Source: Bacillota bacterium (lineage in GTDB: Bacteria > Bacillota > Dehalobacteriia > UBA4068). Taken from it: a DNA stretch of 64,000 nucleotides. The notes beneath the pieces were generated by a model. It was given only the letters and a program-made list of their open reading frames with translations, made no database searches and was not told the origin of the DNA. Location: contig JBMNOA010000004.1 in the NCBI GenBank assembly GCA_050942825.1, forward strand, positions 357-64,356. The letters are read 5' to 3'. Made by a program: the position numbers and the translations under genes. Positions 19,239 through 28,653 of the stretch are shown here, in pieces. Every line of letters begins with the position of its first letter. The first letter of the stretch is position 1.

Positions 19239-20135
19239 CTATGCTCTGGGATGAGTTTTGTCATAGACCTCTTTGAGCCTATTTTTGGTAACATGAGTAT
19301 ATATCTGAGTTGTCGACATGCTGGCATGGCCTAAAAACTCCTGCACAGAACGGAGATCAGCTCCATTATCTAATAAATGGGTTGCAAAGGAATGACGCAG
19401 CGTATGTGGACTGATCTTATGATTTATGGCGGCCTTTTCCATATATTTATTGACTATATTACGAATACTTCTGTCCGTCAGGCGACCGCCTCGGTTATTA
19501 AGAAATAGTGCTTTCCCTTTAACAAGCGGATATTTTTGCGCACGGGCCTGGCTATAAGCTTTGACGGCCTCCATAGCGGGAAGTCCGATCGGCACTATCC
19601 GCTCTTTAGAGCCCTTGCCAAACACACGCAAATAGCCGACGGAATAATCAATATCGCCGATATTAAGCGAAACCAGCTCACTGACCCTCAACCCCGCTCC
19701 ATAGATCACTTCCAAAATGGCTTTATCCCTCAAGCCTCCCAGGCTCTCGTCAGGAGCCGTTAAAAGAGCTTCTATCTCGGGATAATAGAGAAATCTGGGT
19801 AGATACTGATCAGCCTTGGGTGTTGACACGGTAAAATTTTTAGCTTCTTTTAACAAATTTTCCCGCGTGATAAAATGATAAAAAGAACGAATAGTAGATA
19901 ACTTGCGGGCTATAGACCGTTTGCTCAGACCGCTTTGACGTAGATAAGACAGATAATGGCGGATCAACAAATTATCTATGGCATTGATATCAATATCGAC
20001 AGGCGTACAAGCCTGTTCCCTTGCCATAAAAGCAGCCAGATCAAGCAAATCAGATTCATAAGCACGCAAAGTATGAGTCGAATAATTTTTCTCCGCAATC
20101 AGGTACATATTGTACTTTTTAATCAACGCTTGCAA
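19239..20135 (-). CDS. xerC: Tyrosine recombinase XerC/CodV
   Basis: GLRVSEL, GKGSKER, HTLRHSFATH, LGH, TQIY; sits in the topA-trmFO-xerC-hslVU order. Confidence 0.9.
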   Translation of the reverse strand: MQALIKKYNMYLIAEKNYSTHTLRAYESDLLDLAAFMAREQACTPVDIDINAIDNLLIRHYLSYLRQSGLSKRSIARKLSTIRSFYHFITRENLLKEAKNFTVSTPKADQYLPRFLYYPEIEALLTAPDESLGGLRDKAILEVIYGAGLRVSELVSLNIGDIDYSVGYLRVFGKGSKERIVPIGLPAMEAVKAYSQARAQKYPLVKGKALFLNNRGGRLTDRSIRNIVNKYMEKAAINHKISPHTLRHSFATHLLDNGADLRSVQEFLGHASMSTTQIYTHVTKNRLKEVYDKTHPRA

Positions 20136-20172
20136 TGCTCTCCCGCCTTTTTATATGCAGATAAAAGAGATT

Positions 20173-21477
20173 TCATGACTTAATTTGCAAAAAATCTTCT
20201 AATACAGCCAGAGCTCTGTGGGCTATAGCCGCATTTTTTTCTTTTTTATTTCTGATTCTTTTCTCCAAAGGAGGCAGCAAACCAAATGTGACATTCATAG
20301 GCTGAAAATTTGTATTAGGGCTGCTGATATAACGCAAAAGACTTCCTATAGCTGTCTCCTGCGGCAAAATTAGAGTATTTCGACCCAAAGCCAGTCTAGC
20401 AGCATTGATGCCCGCTACCAAACCGGAGGCCGCTGATTCCACATACCCCTCCACGCCGCTGATTTGGCCGGCAAACAAAAGATCGGTCCTCTTTTTAGTG
20501 ACAAGATCAGCCTTGAGTATTTGCGGGGCATTGATATAGGTATTAAGATGCATCATGCCATAACGCATAAATTCGGCTTGTTCCAGCCCCGGTATCAGCC
20601 TGAATACTCTGTCCTGCTCTGCTTGTTTTAGTCTGGTCTGAAAGCCTACTATATTATACATGGTAGCAGCTTGATTATCCTGGCGTAACTGCACAACGGC
20701 ATAGGGCTGACTGCCATCGGGACACCTCAATCCTACCGGTTTCAAAGGCCCGTAACGCATAGTTTCCGGTCCCCTTTTGGCCATAGCCTCGATAGGCATG
20801 CAGCCCTCAAAGATTTTTTCTTCCTCAAAACCATGCAGTGGATAAAGCTCGGCAGTCAACAACTCCTCATAAAAACACCTGTATTGTGACTCGGTCATAG
20901 GGCAATTGAGATAATCACCAGCGGAATCCCCCTTGTTATAACGGGAGGCTCGAAAGGCAATATTTAAGTCAATACTATCCTTAGCCACCACGGGAGCCAC
21001 AGCATCATGGAAAAAGAGATGTTGGTGACCGGTGAAAGCAGCTATAGCATTGCTTAAATCATCAGAAACCAAAGGTCCGGCTGCTATTACAGTTAAATCG
21101 GAGGGAATTTTTTTTACTTCCTCATAATGTATATCGATTAAGGGGTGATTAACGATTTTTTCACTGATATAGGAAGAAAAAAGCTCTCTATCCACTGCCA
21201 AAGCGCCCCCTGCGGGAACTTTAGTTGCATAAGCGGCTTCCATTATCAATGAATCTAGTCGGAACATTTCCTCTTTTAGCAATCCTACGGCATTCTCCAC
21301 GGCACTTGCCCGCAAAGAATTGCTGCATACCAATTCCGCGAAGCATCCCGTTTTGTGAGCGGGAGTCATTTTGTACGGCCTCATCTCATAAAGATCAACG
21401 CCCACTCCCCTTTGGGCGGCTTGCCAAGAGGCCTCACAGCCTGCCAAACCGGCACCTATGATGCTGATTCTGTTCAT
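20173..21477 (-). CDS. trmFO: Folate/FAD-dependent tRNA U54 methyltransferase
   Basis: [43 protein letters not shown]. Confidence 0.96.
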   Translation of the reverse strand: MNRISIIGAGLAGCEASWQAAQRGVGVDLYEMRPYKMTPAHKTGCFAELVCSNSLRASAVENAVGLLKEEMFRLDSLIMEAAYATKVPAGGALAVDRELFSSYISEKIVNHPLIDIHYEEVKKIPSDLTVIAAGPLVSDDLSNAIAAFTGHQHLFFHDAVAPVVAKDSIDLNIAFRASRYNKGDSAGDYLNCPMTESQYRCFYEELLTAELYPLHGFEEEKIFEGCMPIEAMAKRGPETMRYGPLKPVGLRCPDGSQPYAVVQLRQDNQAATMYNIVGFQTRLKQAEQDRVFRLIPGLEQAEFMRYGMMHLNTYINAPQILKADLVTKKRTDLLFAGQISGVEGYVESAASGLVAGINAARLALGRNTLILPQETAIGSLLRYISSPNTNFQPMNVTFGLLPPLEKRIRNKKEKNAAIAHRALAVLEDFLQIKS

Positions 21478-21481
21478 CTAT

Positions 21482-23692
21482 CTACTCCTTGGCTTGTTGC
21501 TTTGTTTTATTTGATTTGGTGGCTCTGGTTTTTTTTGCGACTGAGGTTGTACTGTCTTTCCGTTTGGACTTTTTAGGTTTAGCCGCTTTGGCTTTTTTTG
21601 TAGCGACATCATCTTTTTTCTTACTTTCTTTTTGATTGCCGGGGCAATCTTTATTGGGACAAACAATCTGCGTTTTGCCACCCCTAAATGTTTTCTGGCT
21701 CAATTGTGTACCGCAAAGGCTACAAGCCTCAGCAATAGGAAGATCCCAGGATACATACTTGCAATCAGGATATTTTTCGCAACCAAAAAAAACCCTCCCT
21801 GAGCGGCTCTTCCTTTGTACGATGCGTCCGCCGCAAGCCATGCAGGTAATATCCGTAGGCTTGATGATAGGTTTGGTATTACGGCATTCCGGGAAGCCGC
21901 TGCAAGCTAAAAAGCGGCCATACTTACCCATACGGTAAACCATAGGCTTGCCACATAATTCACAAATATCCCCGCTTTCTTCCGGGGCAATATTGATTTT
22001 TTCCATTAACTTTTCGGCGTTGGCCAAGGTCGGGGCAAAGTGCTCGTAAAATTGTGATAAAACGGCATCCCATTGCAAGTTGCCTTCTTCTACCATATCC
22101 AATTGATTTTCCATTTCGGCCGTAAAATCTATATCAATAATATTAGTAAAATATTCTTTGAGTAAATCAACTACCACCCGGCCTAATTCAGTGGGGAAAA
22201 ATTGCTTTTCTTCCTTGACCACATAACCACGTGCCAAAATCGTATCAACTATCGGCGCATAGGTGCTAGGTCTGCCTATACCTAATTCCTCTAGAGTTTT
22301 TACCAAAGAGGCTTCCGTATAGCGCGGTGGCGGCTGCGTGAAATGTTGATTAGGAGATAAAGCCACCAAAGACAGCTTTTGTTCATTTTTTACTGGAGCC
22401 AGTACGCCTTCCTCTTCTTTATCGGTCTCAGCTTTGCTTTCCACATAGACCTGGCGAAAACCAGCAAACCGCAAACTACGGCCGCTGGCTCTGAAAAGGC
22501 AGTTACCGGCAGCCACTTCCACACTAGTAACATCCCAAATAGCAGAGCTCGTTTGGCTAGCCATAAAACGCTCCCAGATCAGCTTATAAAGCTTATATTG
22601 CTGCGGGGTCAAATATTGTTTGAGAGAAATTGGAGTGCGCTCCACCGAAGTAGGACGAATAGCCTCATGAGCGTTCTGCACTTTTCCCTTACCCTTAAAT
22701 ACGTTAGGCTTGGCGGGGATAAATTCCTCACCGTATCTTTCGGCAATATAAGATCGGGCGGCAGTTTGCGCGGCGTCAGAAATACGCACGGAATCGGTAC
22801 GCATATAACTGATCAAACCTACAACCTGACCACCGATATTGATGCCTTCATAAAGCTGCTGTGCTATTTGCATGATTTTTTTCGCTGTCATGCCGGAAAT
22901 ATTTCTGGAAGCCACCTGCTGCAGACTGCTGGTTGTAAAAGGGGGTTGGGGGTTTTCTTTCTTCTCTTTGGTTTGCAGAGCGCATACTATATATTCTTTA
23001 TCAGCCAAATAGGCAATGATGGCATCTATTTCTTCCTGACTGTGTATATTGGCTTTCTTGCCGTCAATTTTATTTAGCTGAGCTTGCAGAATCCCTTTGC
23101 CGGTATCCAGCTCAGCTAACAAGGTCCAATATTCTTCAGGCACAAAAGCTTTGATTTCGTCTTCTCTGTCGCAGATTAAACGCACCGTCACGGATTGCAC
23201 GCGACCGGCGGAAAGGCCTTTTTTGACCTTTTTCCATAACAAGGGGCTTATTTTATAACCTACCAACCTATCCAAGATCCTTCTGGCCTGCTGAGCTTCC
23301 ACTCTATCCATATCGATAGGATGCGGGTTTTTTACGGCTTCCTTTACCGCTTGATCGGTGATCTCATTAAATTCAATGCGGCAATCTTCTTCCTGAACTT
23401 TTAAATATTGTTGTAAATGCCAGGCAATGGCTTCCCCTTCACGGTCAGGGTCACTGGCCAGAAGAATACGGTCGGTCTTTTTAGCTTCTTCTTTAAGCGA
23501 CTTTATGGTATTGCCTTTACCACGGATAGTGATATATTTGGGCACAAAGCCTTCCTCCACATTCACGCCGAGATCGCTTTTGGGCAAGTCCCTGATATGC
23601 CCCATAGATGATTTTACGGTATAGTTTTTACCTAATATTTTTTCGATTGTTTTAGCTTTAGTAGGAGATTCTACAACAACTAATGTTTTCAT
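21482..23692 (-). CDS. topA: DNA topoisomerase I with Zn ribbons and a basic tail
   Basis: VVESPTKAKTI, DPDREGE, SAGRVQS, SYMRTDS; three C4 ribbons. Confidence 0.98.
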   Translation of the reverse strand: MKTLVVVESPTKAKTIEKILGKNYTVKSSMGHIRDLPKSDLGVNVEEGFVPKYITIRGKGNTIKSLKEEAKKTDRILLASDPDREGEAIAWHLQQYLKVQEEDCRIEFNEITDQAVKEAVKNPHPIDMDRVEAQQARRILDRLVGYKISPLLWKKVKKGLSAGRVQSVTVRLICDREDEIKAFVPEEYWTLLAELDTGKGILQAQLNKIDGKKANIHSQEEIDAIIAYLADKEYIVCALQTKEKKENPQPPFTTSSLQQVASRNISGMTAKKIMQIAQQLYEGINIGGQVVGLISYMRTDSVRISDAAQTAARSYIAERYGEEFIPAKPNVFKGKGKVQNAHEAIRPTSVERTPISLKQYLTPQQYKLYKLIWERFMASQTSSAIWDVTSVEVAAGNCLFRASGRSLRFAGFRQVYVESKAETDKEEEGVLAPVKNEQKLSLVALSPNQHFTQPPPRYTEASLVKTLEELGIGRPSTYAPIVDTILARGYVVKEEKQFFPTELGRVVVDLLKEYFTNIIDIDFTAEMENQLDMVEEGNLQWDAVLSQFYEHFAPTLANAEKLMEKINIAPEESGDICELCGKPMVYRMGKYGRFLACSGFPECRNTKPIIKPTDITCMACGGRIVQRKSRSGRVFFGCEKYPDCKYVSWDLPIAEACSLCGTQLSQKTFRGGKTQIVCPNKDCPGNQKESKKKDDVATKKAKAAKPKKSKRKDSTTSVAKKTRATKSNKTKQQAKE

Positions 23693-23736
23693 TGGGACCT
23701 CCGTTTCAATTTTGCTGGTTCTGATAATTTATTAAT

Positions 23737-24825
23737 CTATAATTCATGAACGGCCAAAATATAATATTTGCCGGGCAATTGCTTAATCAAACCTCTGATT
23801 TCCCACATAGTAAGCATAGCGGCCAATCTCTGTGCAGGCAAATCCAGCTTGTCTAATAAAGAATCAAAATGAATCGGTTCTGCCATCATGTCCAGTATAT
23901 CCTTTTCCTCTTTACTGACTGTGACAGGCTTTTTTTTCTTATGCTTTATCATCCTAGACTCAGGAAGATAATCTTGCCAAATATCTTGGGCATTAGTAAC
24001 GACTTTGGCTCCCTGAGCAAACAAAGCATTAGTGGCGGAGCTCATTTTACTGGTGATGAGTCCGGGAACAGAAAATACATCCCTGCCCTGCTCCATAGCG
24101 CGGTCAACAGTCAATAAAGTACCGCTCCTTTTACCAGCCTCCACTACAACCACACCTTTGGATAAACCGCTGATGATTCTGTTACGCATAGGGAAATGAG
24201 CAGCCAATGGAGGGGAGCCCAAGGGCAATTCACTGATCACAGCACCGTTTGCAATAATTTGTTGAAAAAGATTGCCATTTTCAGGCGGATATATAATATC
24301 AATACCGGAGCCTATAACTGCTATGGTTTTGCCGCCGGCCTCAATGGCAGCCTGATGACAAATAGAATCTATACCTCTGGCCATCCCGCTGACCACCCAG
24401 ATGCCCTGCATGGCTAGATCTCTGGCTAAAATCTGCGCCACCTGTCTACCGTAAGGAGTGGGCCGTCGTGTGCCGATCATGGCTACAGTGATATCAGCAG
24501 GCTCAGGTAATTGACCATAATAAAATAATAATAAAGGTGGATCATAGATATTGGCCAACAGCTCAGGGTAAGCGGGATCATTCAGCAGCAACAAGCTGGC
24601 ACCGGATGCCAAAAACTTTTCGTATACGGCCTCTACATCCACTTCTTTTTTGGCCGCTGCCAAGGTATTGGCTATAGAGGGAGTCAATCCCGGTATCATA
24701 CGCCAATTGGAGCAATCATGCCAAGCCATAGCAGCATCATAACCATAGTATTCCAAAATATTTTTTAACCGGCTCGGTCCCATATTATTGATACTGTGCA
24801 AGGCCAACAGATATGCATTTGACAA
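23737..24825 (-). CDS. dprA: DNA processing protein DprA
   Basis: IGTRRPTPYG, VSGMARGIDS, FPMRNRIISG, EAGKRSGT; C-terminal winged helix. Confidence 0.95.
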   Translation of the reverse strand: MSNAYLLALHSINNMGPSRLKNILEYYGYDAAMAWHDCSNWRMIPGLTPSIANTLAAAKKEVDVEAVYEKFLASGASLLLLNDPAYPELLANIYDPPLLLFYYGQLPEPADITVAMIGTRRPTPYGRQVAQILARDLAMQGIWVVSGMARGIDSICHQAAIEAGGKTIAVIGSGIDIIYPPENGNLFQQIIANGAVISELPLGSPPLAAHFPMRNRIISGLSKGVVVVEAGKRSGTLLTVDRAMEQGRDVFSVPGLITSKMSSATNALFAQGAKVVTNAQDIWQDYLPESRMIKHKKKKPVTVSKEEKDILDMMAEPIHFDSLLDKLDLPAQRLAAMLTMWEIRGLIKQLPGKYYILAVHEL

Positions 24826-24846
24826 CGATCAGCCCTCCTTGCCAAG

Positions 24847-26019
24847 CTATTTTTTACTGCCTTTAAAACCGCCGCCCTGCGCCAAGATATTAGAAGCATA
24901 GGAAAAGATCATTTTTTCTTTTTTGCGGCTTCTTTTAAGTGCAAGCCGGATCAAATCATCTAATAATTGGCTAAATGTCTTACCTGTCGGTTCCCAGAGA
25001 TAAAATGACAGGGAACCGGGGATAGTATTTATTTCATTAACAAAAATTTCATTGCTATCGGCATTCATAAGAAAATCTATGCGGCAAACACCATATTCAT
25101 CCAAAGCCACAAACGCCCTGCGGGCATAATCCTGGATCTTTTGAGTAATAGACTCGTCAAGATCAGCGGGAATACGCCTTTGGGCGCCGCTCATACCCTT
25201 GGTGCCTCCACACAGATATTTATCACCATAGGATAAAAATTTTGCTGCAGCTATCGGCTCCTCACAGACCGAGGTCTCCTGATTTTCCGGACAGCCCAGA
25301 ACAGAGCAATTAATCTCTCTCAAAGGGTTAATAAATTTCTCTATTAAAATCCTATTAGCAAAGCTGCCTGCCAAAGATACGGCCTCTAATAATTCTTCTA
25401 TATTGTCTACAGCCGTTACACCAATAGAAGAACCTAAATCGGCCGGTTTGACTATCATGGGATAAGAAATTTTTTCCTCTAATATCTTACATATTTGCTC
25501 TTGATCATCATGCCATTGATGCATATAAAACCAATGATAATCGGGAGTTGGCAAACCTGCCTCTTTAAGAACAGCTTTCATAATGATTTTATCCATACCG
25601 CAAGCAGAACCCAAAACAGCGGGTCCGGTATAAGGCACTCCGCTTAATTCTAATAAACCCTGCAGGCAGCCGTCCTCTCCATGAGTTCCGTGGATGACAG
25701 GCATGACTACATCAATTTTATGGGAAAAGGTTTTTTTAAACATACCCGTTGCTTCTGTGCCGACTATCATAAAGTCATGATGATTTTGAGAAAAATATAT
25801 TTTTTTACAAGTAGATAATAGCATATTTATATCACGGTAGTTTCTGATATCCAGCAAGTTATCACCGGTATACCAAATACCCTGCTTGGAGATATAAAGC
25901 GGCACCGGCTCATATTTTTCTTTATCCAACGCTCTGATAGCTTGCAAAGCAGAAATAATAGAAACCTCATGTTCCACACTGCGGCCGCCATAAGCAACTC
26001 CTACTTGGATTTTTTGCAT
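24847..26019 (-). CDS. ddl: D-alanine--D-alanine ligase family protein
   Basis: YGGRSVEHEVS, HGTHGEDG, KPADLGSSIG, omega loop FLSYGDKY, NEINTIPG. Confidence 0.92.
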   Translation of the reverse strand: MQKIQVGVAYGGRSVEHEVSIISALQAIRALDKEKYEPVPLYISKQGIWYTGDNLLDIRNYRDINMLLSTCKKIYFSQNHHDFMIVGTEATGMFKKTFSHKIDVVMPVIHGTHGEDGCLQGLLELSGVPYTGPAVLGSACGMDKIIMKAVLKEAGLPTPDYHWFYMHQWHDDQEQICKILEEKISYPMIVKPADLGSSIGVTAVDNIEELLEAVSLAGSFANRILIEKFINPLREINCSVLGCPENQETSVCEEPIAAAKFLSYGDKYLCGGTKGMSGAQRRIPADLDESITQKIQDYARRAFVALDEYGVCRIDFLMNADSNEIFVNEINTIPGSLSFYLWEPTGKTFSQLLDDLIRLALKRSRKKEKMIFSYASNILAQGGGFKGSKK

Positions 26020-26059
26020 ACTAATCTCTCCTTAAAATTATACTAATACAGTAATTTAC

Positions 26060-27679
26060 TTATTCATTATAGGTATCGGGCAAATCATTTTCAAACAAAA
26101 CTATATCACCGACTGTAGCTATTTGCGATAATTTATGGCTGGCATCTGTCAAATCAGCGGCTACATAATATTGTTGGCAAGGATAAGAAACCTCCACCAG
26201 CCCATCTTGTAATGGTTGGCTATGCTTTTTGCCCACTAATATGATATAATCGCACACCTGGGCTGCCTGCATAGCAAAAGACTTATTTAATTGATACTGT
26301 TTTTCACCTAATTCCACCATACCGGGTGTCACGATAATTTTCTTACCGGCCCTAAAACAAGCCAGCACCTCCAATGCGGCGGCAGCACCTTGAGGATTGG
26401 AGTTAAAAGCGTCATCTATTACGTTGAAGCCATGCGGGTTAGATAAAAATTGCAGTCTATGGGGGATCGGCTGCAATCGTTTTACGGCTTTGGCCGCTTG
26501 TTTGAGAGATAAACCTAATTGATGAGCGGTAGCCACAGCGGCTAGAATATTATAAATATTATGTCTGCCTAAAAGCAATGTAACAAATTTTTCTTCTTCT
26601 CCATTGGCAACATGTATAGTAAAACTGCTGCCTTGTGAATCATAGCTGATATCATCAGCATAATAATCCCAAGCGGCATCTAATCCGTAACTGATGATTT
26701 TGCACTTATATTGCGCAGCTTTTTTTCTGATATTCTCATCATCAAAATTCAAGACAGCAAAACCGGCATCGGGGATAGCGTCAATCAATTCAAATTTTGT
26801 ATTGATGATATTCTCCAAACTTCCGAATGTTTCTAAATGCTGTGGACCGATAGCTGTAATGATCCCCACTTTAGGGTTGACTAGTTGGCAGATCTCCGCT
26901 ACATCGCCTTTTTGTTTAGCACCGATCTCCGCTACAAACATCTCATGAGTACTACGTAAATTTTCCCTGATCACCCTGGTGATGCCCATGGGCGTATTAT
27001 AACTGGCAGGAGTAACCAAAGTCATAAATTCCTCCGACAACACCTCTCCCAGAATAAATTTGCAGCTGGTTTTGCCGTAGCTGCCGGTAACGGCGATGGA
27101 GGTCAGAAAAGGCATACTGCGGATAATATTTTTGGCTTCATTGAGGAATTTGTTATTAATCGCTTTTTCCACCGGTATCAACAATGTGTTGGCCAAAAGC
27201 ATAGGAGCAAAAGTAAATATGCCCAACAGCAAAAATACCACTAACACTAATAACATATGACCACCGAAAATCAAGGTGGCAAATAAAACCGCACTAATCA
27301 CTACAAGCAAGATCAGTGATAAAAGATAAAGCCTTTTGGCCCTGGCGGTCATCACGAGAGGCTTTTTTTGCTGCGGTTTTTTATAGGACAGAAATAGCAG
27401 CAGATATACTACAAAAGATATGATGGCAAAAACAAACGGATTGACCGTAAAAAGCCATATTAACACAAGCGCAGCAGGTATAAAGTCCCGCTTTTTAAAA
27501 ACCCGACCTTTTTGTTGCGTGTACCAACGCAAATAGCGTTCGTTACGATAGGAATTAAGCTGGAACATATGCAATTCATGTCGTAATTTTTTACTATTAT
27601 ATAGAATAAAAAACACAAAGAACGCCAGTAAGAAAATTATTAAATATATATTAAATGTAGGATAAACCAAGTTTATCAT
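26060..27679 (-). CDS. murF: MurF-like ligase with an N-terminal multi-TM anchor
   Basis: About 170-aa hydrophobic N-terminus, then VTGSYGKTS, SYNTPMG, DDAFNSNP, TPGMVELG. Confidence 0.85.
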   Translation of the reverse strand: MINLVYPTFNIYLIIFLLAFFVFFILYNSKKLRHELHMFQLNSYRNERYLRWYTQQKGRVFKKRDFIPAALVLIWLFTVNPFVFAIISFVVYLLLFLSYKKPQQKKPLVMTARAKRLYLLSLILLVVISAVLFATLIFGGHMLLVLVVFLLLGIFTFAPMLLANTLLIPVEKAINNKFLNEAKNIIRSMPFLTSIAVTGSYGKTSCKFILGEVLSEEFMTLVTPASYNTPMGITRVIRENLRSTHEMFVAEIGAKQKGDVAEICQLVNPKVGIITAIGPQHLETFGSLENIINTKFELIDAIPDAGFAVLNFDDENIRKKAAQYKCKIISYGLDAAWDYYADDISYDSQGSSFTIHVANGEEEKFVTLLLGRHNIYNILAAVATAHQLGLSLKQAAKAVKRLQPIPHRLQFLSNPHGFNVIDDAFNSNPQGAAAALEVLACFRAGKKIIVTPGMVELGEKQYQLNKSFAMQAAQVCDYIILVGKKHSQPLQDGLVEVSYPCQQYYVAADLTDASHKLSQIATVGDIVLFENDLPDTYNE

Positions 27680-27692
27680 GATATCTCCTCGA

Positions 27693-28478
27693 TTATTCAG
27701 CAAACTTATCATCAGCTAAAAAAGTATCTATAATATGCAAAAACTGTGGCAATCGTTCCAAATAAGAATAGTGGCCCGCGCCTTCCAAAACCACCAAACC
27801 GCTATCAGGTATCAATTTTTCCATTAGCTGCCCGTCAGCTAACGGGGTAGCAGTGTCCAAATCCCCCCACACTAAGAGCGTCGAGGCAGTAATATGTGGC
27901 AAATAAGGCTTGAGGTCCTCATTGACCACCTTGACAAAAATCTGTCTCATAACCCCCTCGGCCTGCTTGTAATCACTGGAAGCGCTGTTTTTTTGCCAGT
28001 AGGCCAGTGCCTGATCTTTTTTTTTCCTCAACCCCGGCAAAGAAAAAAATTTTTTAGCCGCTTTATAACTGTACACTTTGAGATAATAATTAATACTTCT
28101 TTTGGGCAATATTCCGGCGCTGTCGATAAGCACCATTTTAGAGGGAATTTTTTTAGCGCCCAACAGGATAGCCACACGCCCGCCAAAAGAATGGCCCATA
28201 ATAAGCGGATCTTTGATGTGCTGCAGTTCTATAAAATCTTCTATAAGAGCAGCATAATCATGCACTGACCAAGCAGCCTCAGGAGCAGGTGTCAAGCCGA
28301 AACCGGGAAAATCAATATTATATACGTTAAAATATTGTGCCAACTCACGTGCTACAGGCTCAAAAGCAGAGCTGTCCACTCCCCAACCATGCAATAAAAT
28401 AAGATCTTTGCCTTCACCTGCTTGTTTATAAAAAAGCTTTTGCCCTTTGATCTCTTTTTCTTTAAGCTTGAATTCCAT
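27693..28478 (-). CDS. Alpha/beta hydrolase (Ser-Asp-His esterase type)
   Basis: HGWG oxyanion loop, GHSFGG nucleophile, WGDLDTATP, GAGHYSY. Confidence 0.9.
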   Translation of the reverse strand: MEFKLKEKEIKGQKLFYKQAGEGKDLILLHGWGVDSSAFEPVARELAQYFNVYNIDFPGFGLTPAPEAAWSVHDYAALIEDFIELQHIKDPLIMGHSFGGRVAILLGAKKIPSKMVLIDSAGILPKRSINYYLKVYSYKAAKKFFSLPGLRKKKDQALAYWQKNSASSDYKQAEGVMRQIFVKVVNEDLKPYLPHITASTLLVWGDLDTATPLADGQLMEKLIPDSGLVVLEGAGHYSYLERLPQFLHIIDTFLADDKFAE

Positions 28479-28558
28479 ATTAAATCCTTTTAAGAGTACT
28501 TTTAAACAATTATATTTTTTATATAGCCAAAAATGTTAAAAATTATAAACGCTTTTGG

Positions 28559-28587
28559 TAATTCTCTTTATTATAACCAATTCCTTC
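28559..28587 (-). promoter_or_regulatory. SigH-like promoter overlapping a sigma-A -10, upstream of the hydrolase gene
   Basis: GAAGGAATT-11-AGAGAATTA matches RNAGGAWWW-N11/12-RNNGAATWW; TATAAT at 28570-28575 lies in the spacer. Confidence 0.55.
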
Positions 28588-28601
28588 TTATACACAAAAA
28601 T

Positions 28602-28639
28602 AAAAAAGTAGTTCCCTGAACAAAGAGCTACTTTTTTTT
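28602..28639 (-). terminator. Terminator after comM
   Basis: AAAAAAGTAGTTC...GAGCTACTTTTTT imperfect hairpin with A/T runs on both sides. Confidence 0.65.
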
Positions 28640-28653
28640 ACTTTTCCTGGCAC

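Noticed and set aside
19239-20135. Integrase marking a prophage or island
   Set aside because: It sits in the canonical chromosomal xerC (codV) position; no att sites, tRNA or phage genes nearby
24847-26019. Vancomycin-resistance (VanA/VanB or D-Ala-D-Lac) ligase
   Set aside because: The omega-loop Tyr is retained, and there are no vanH/vanX/vanRS neighbours
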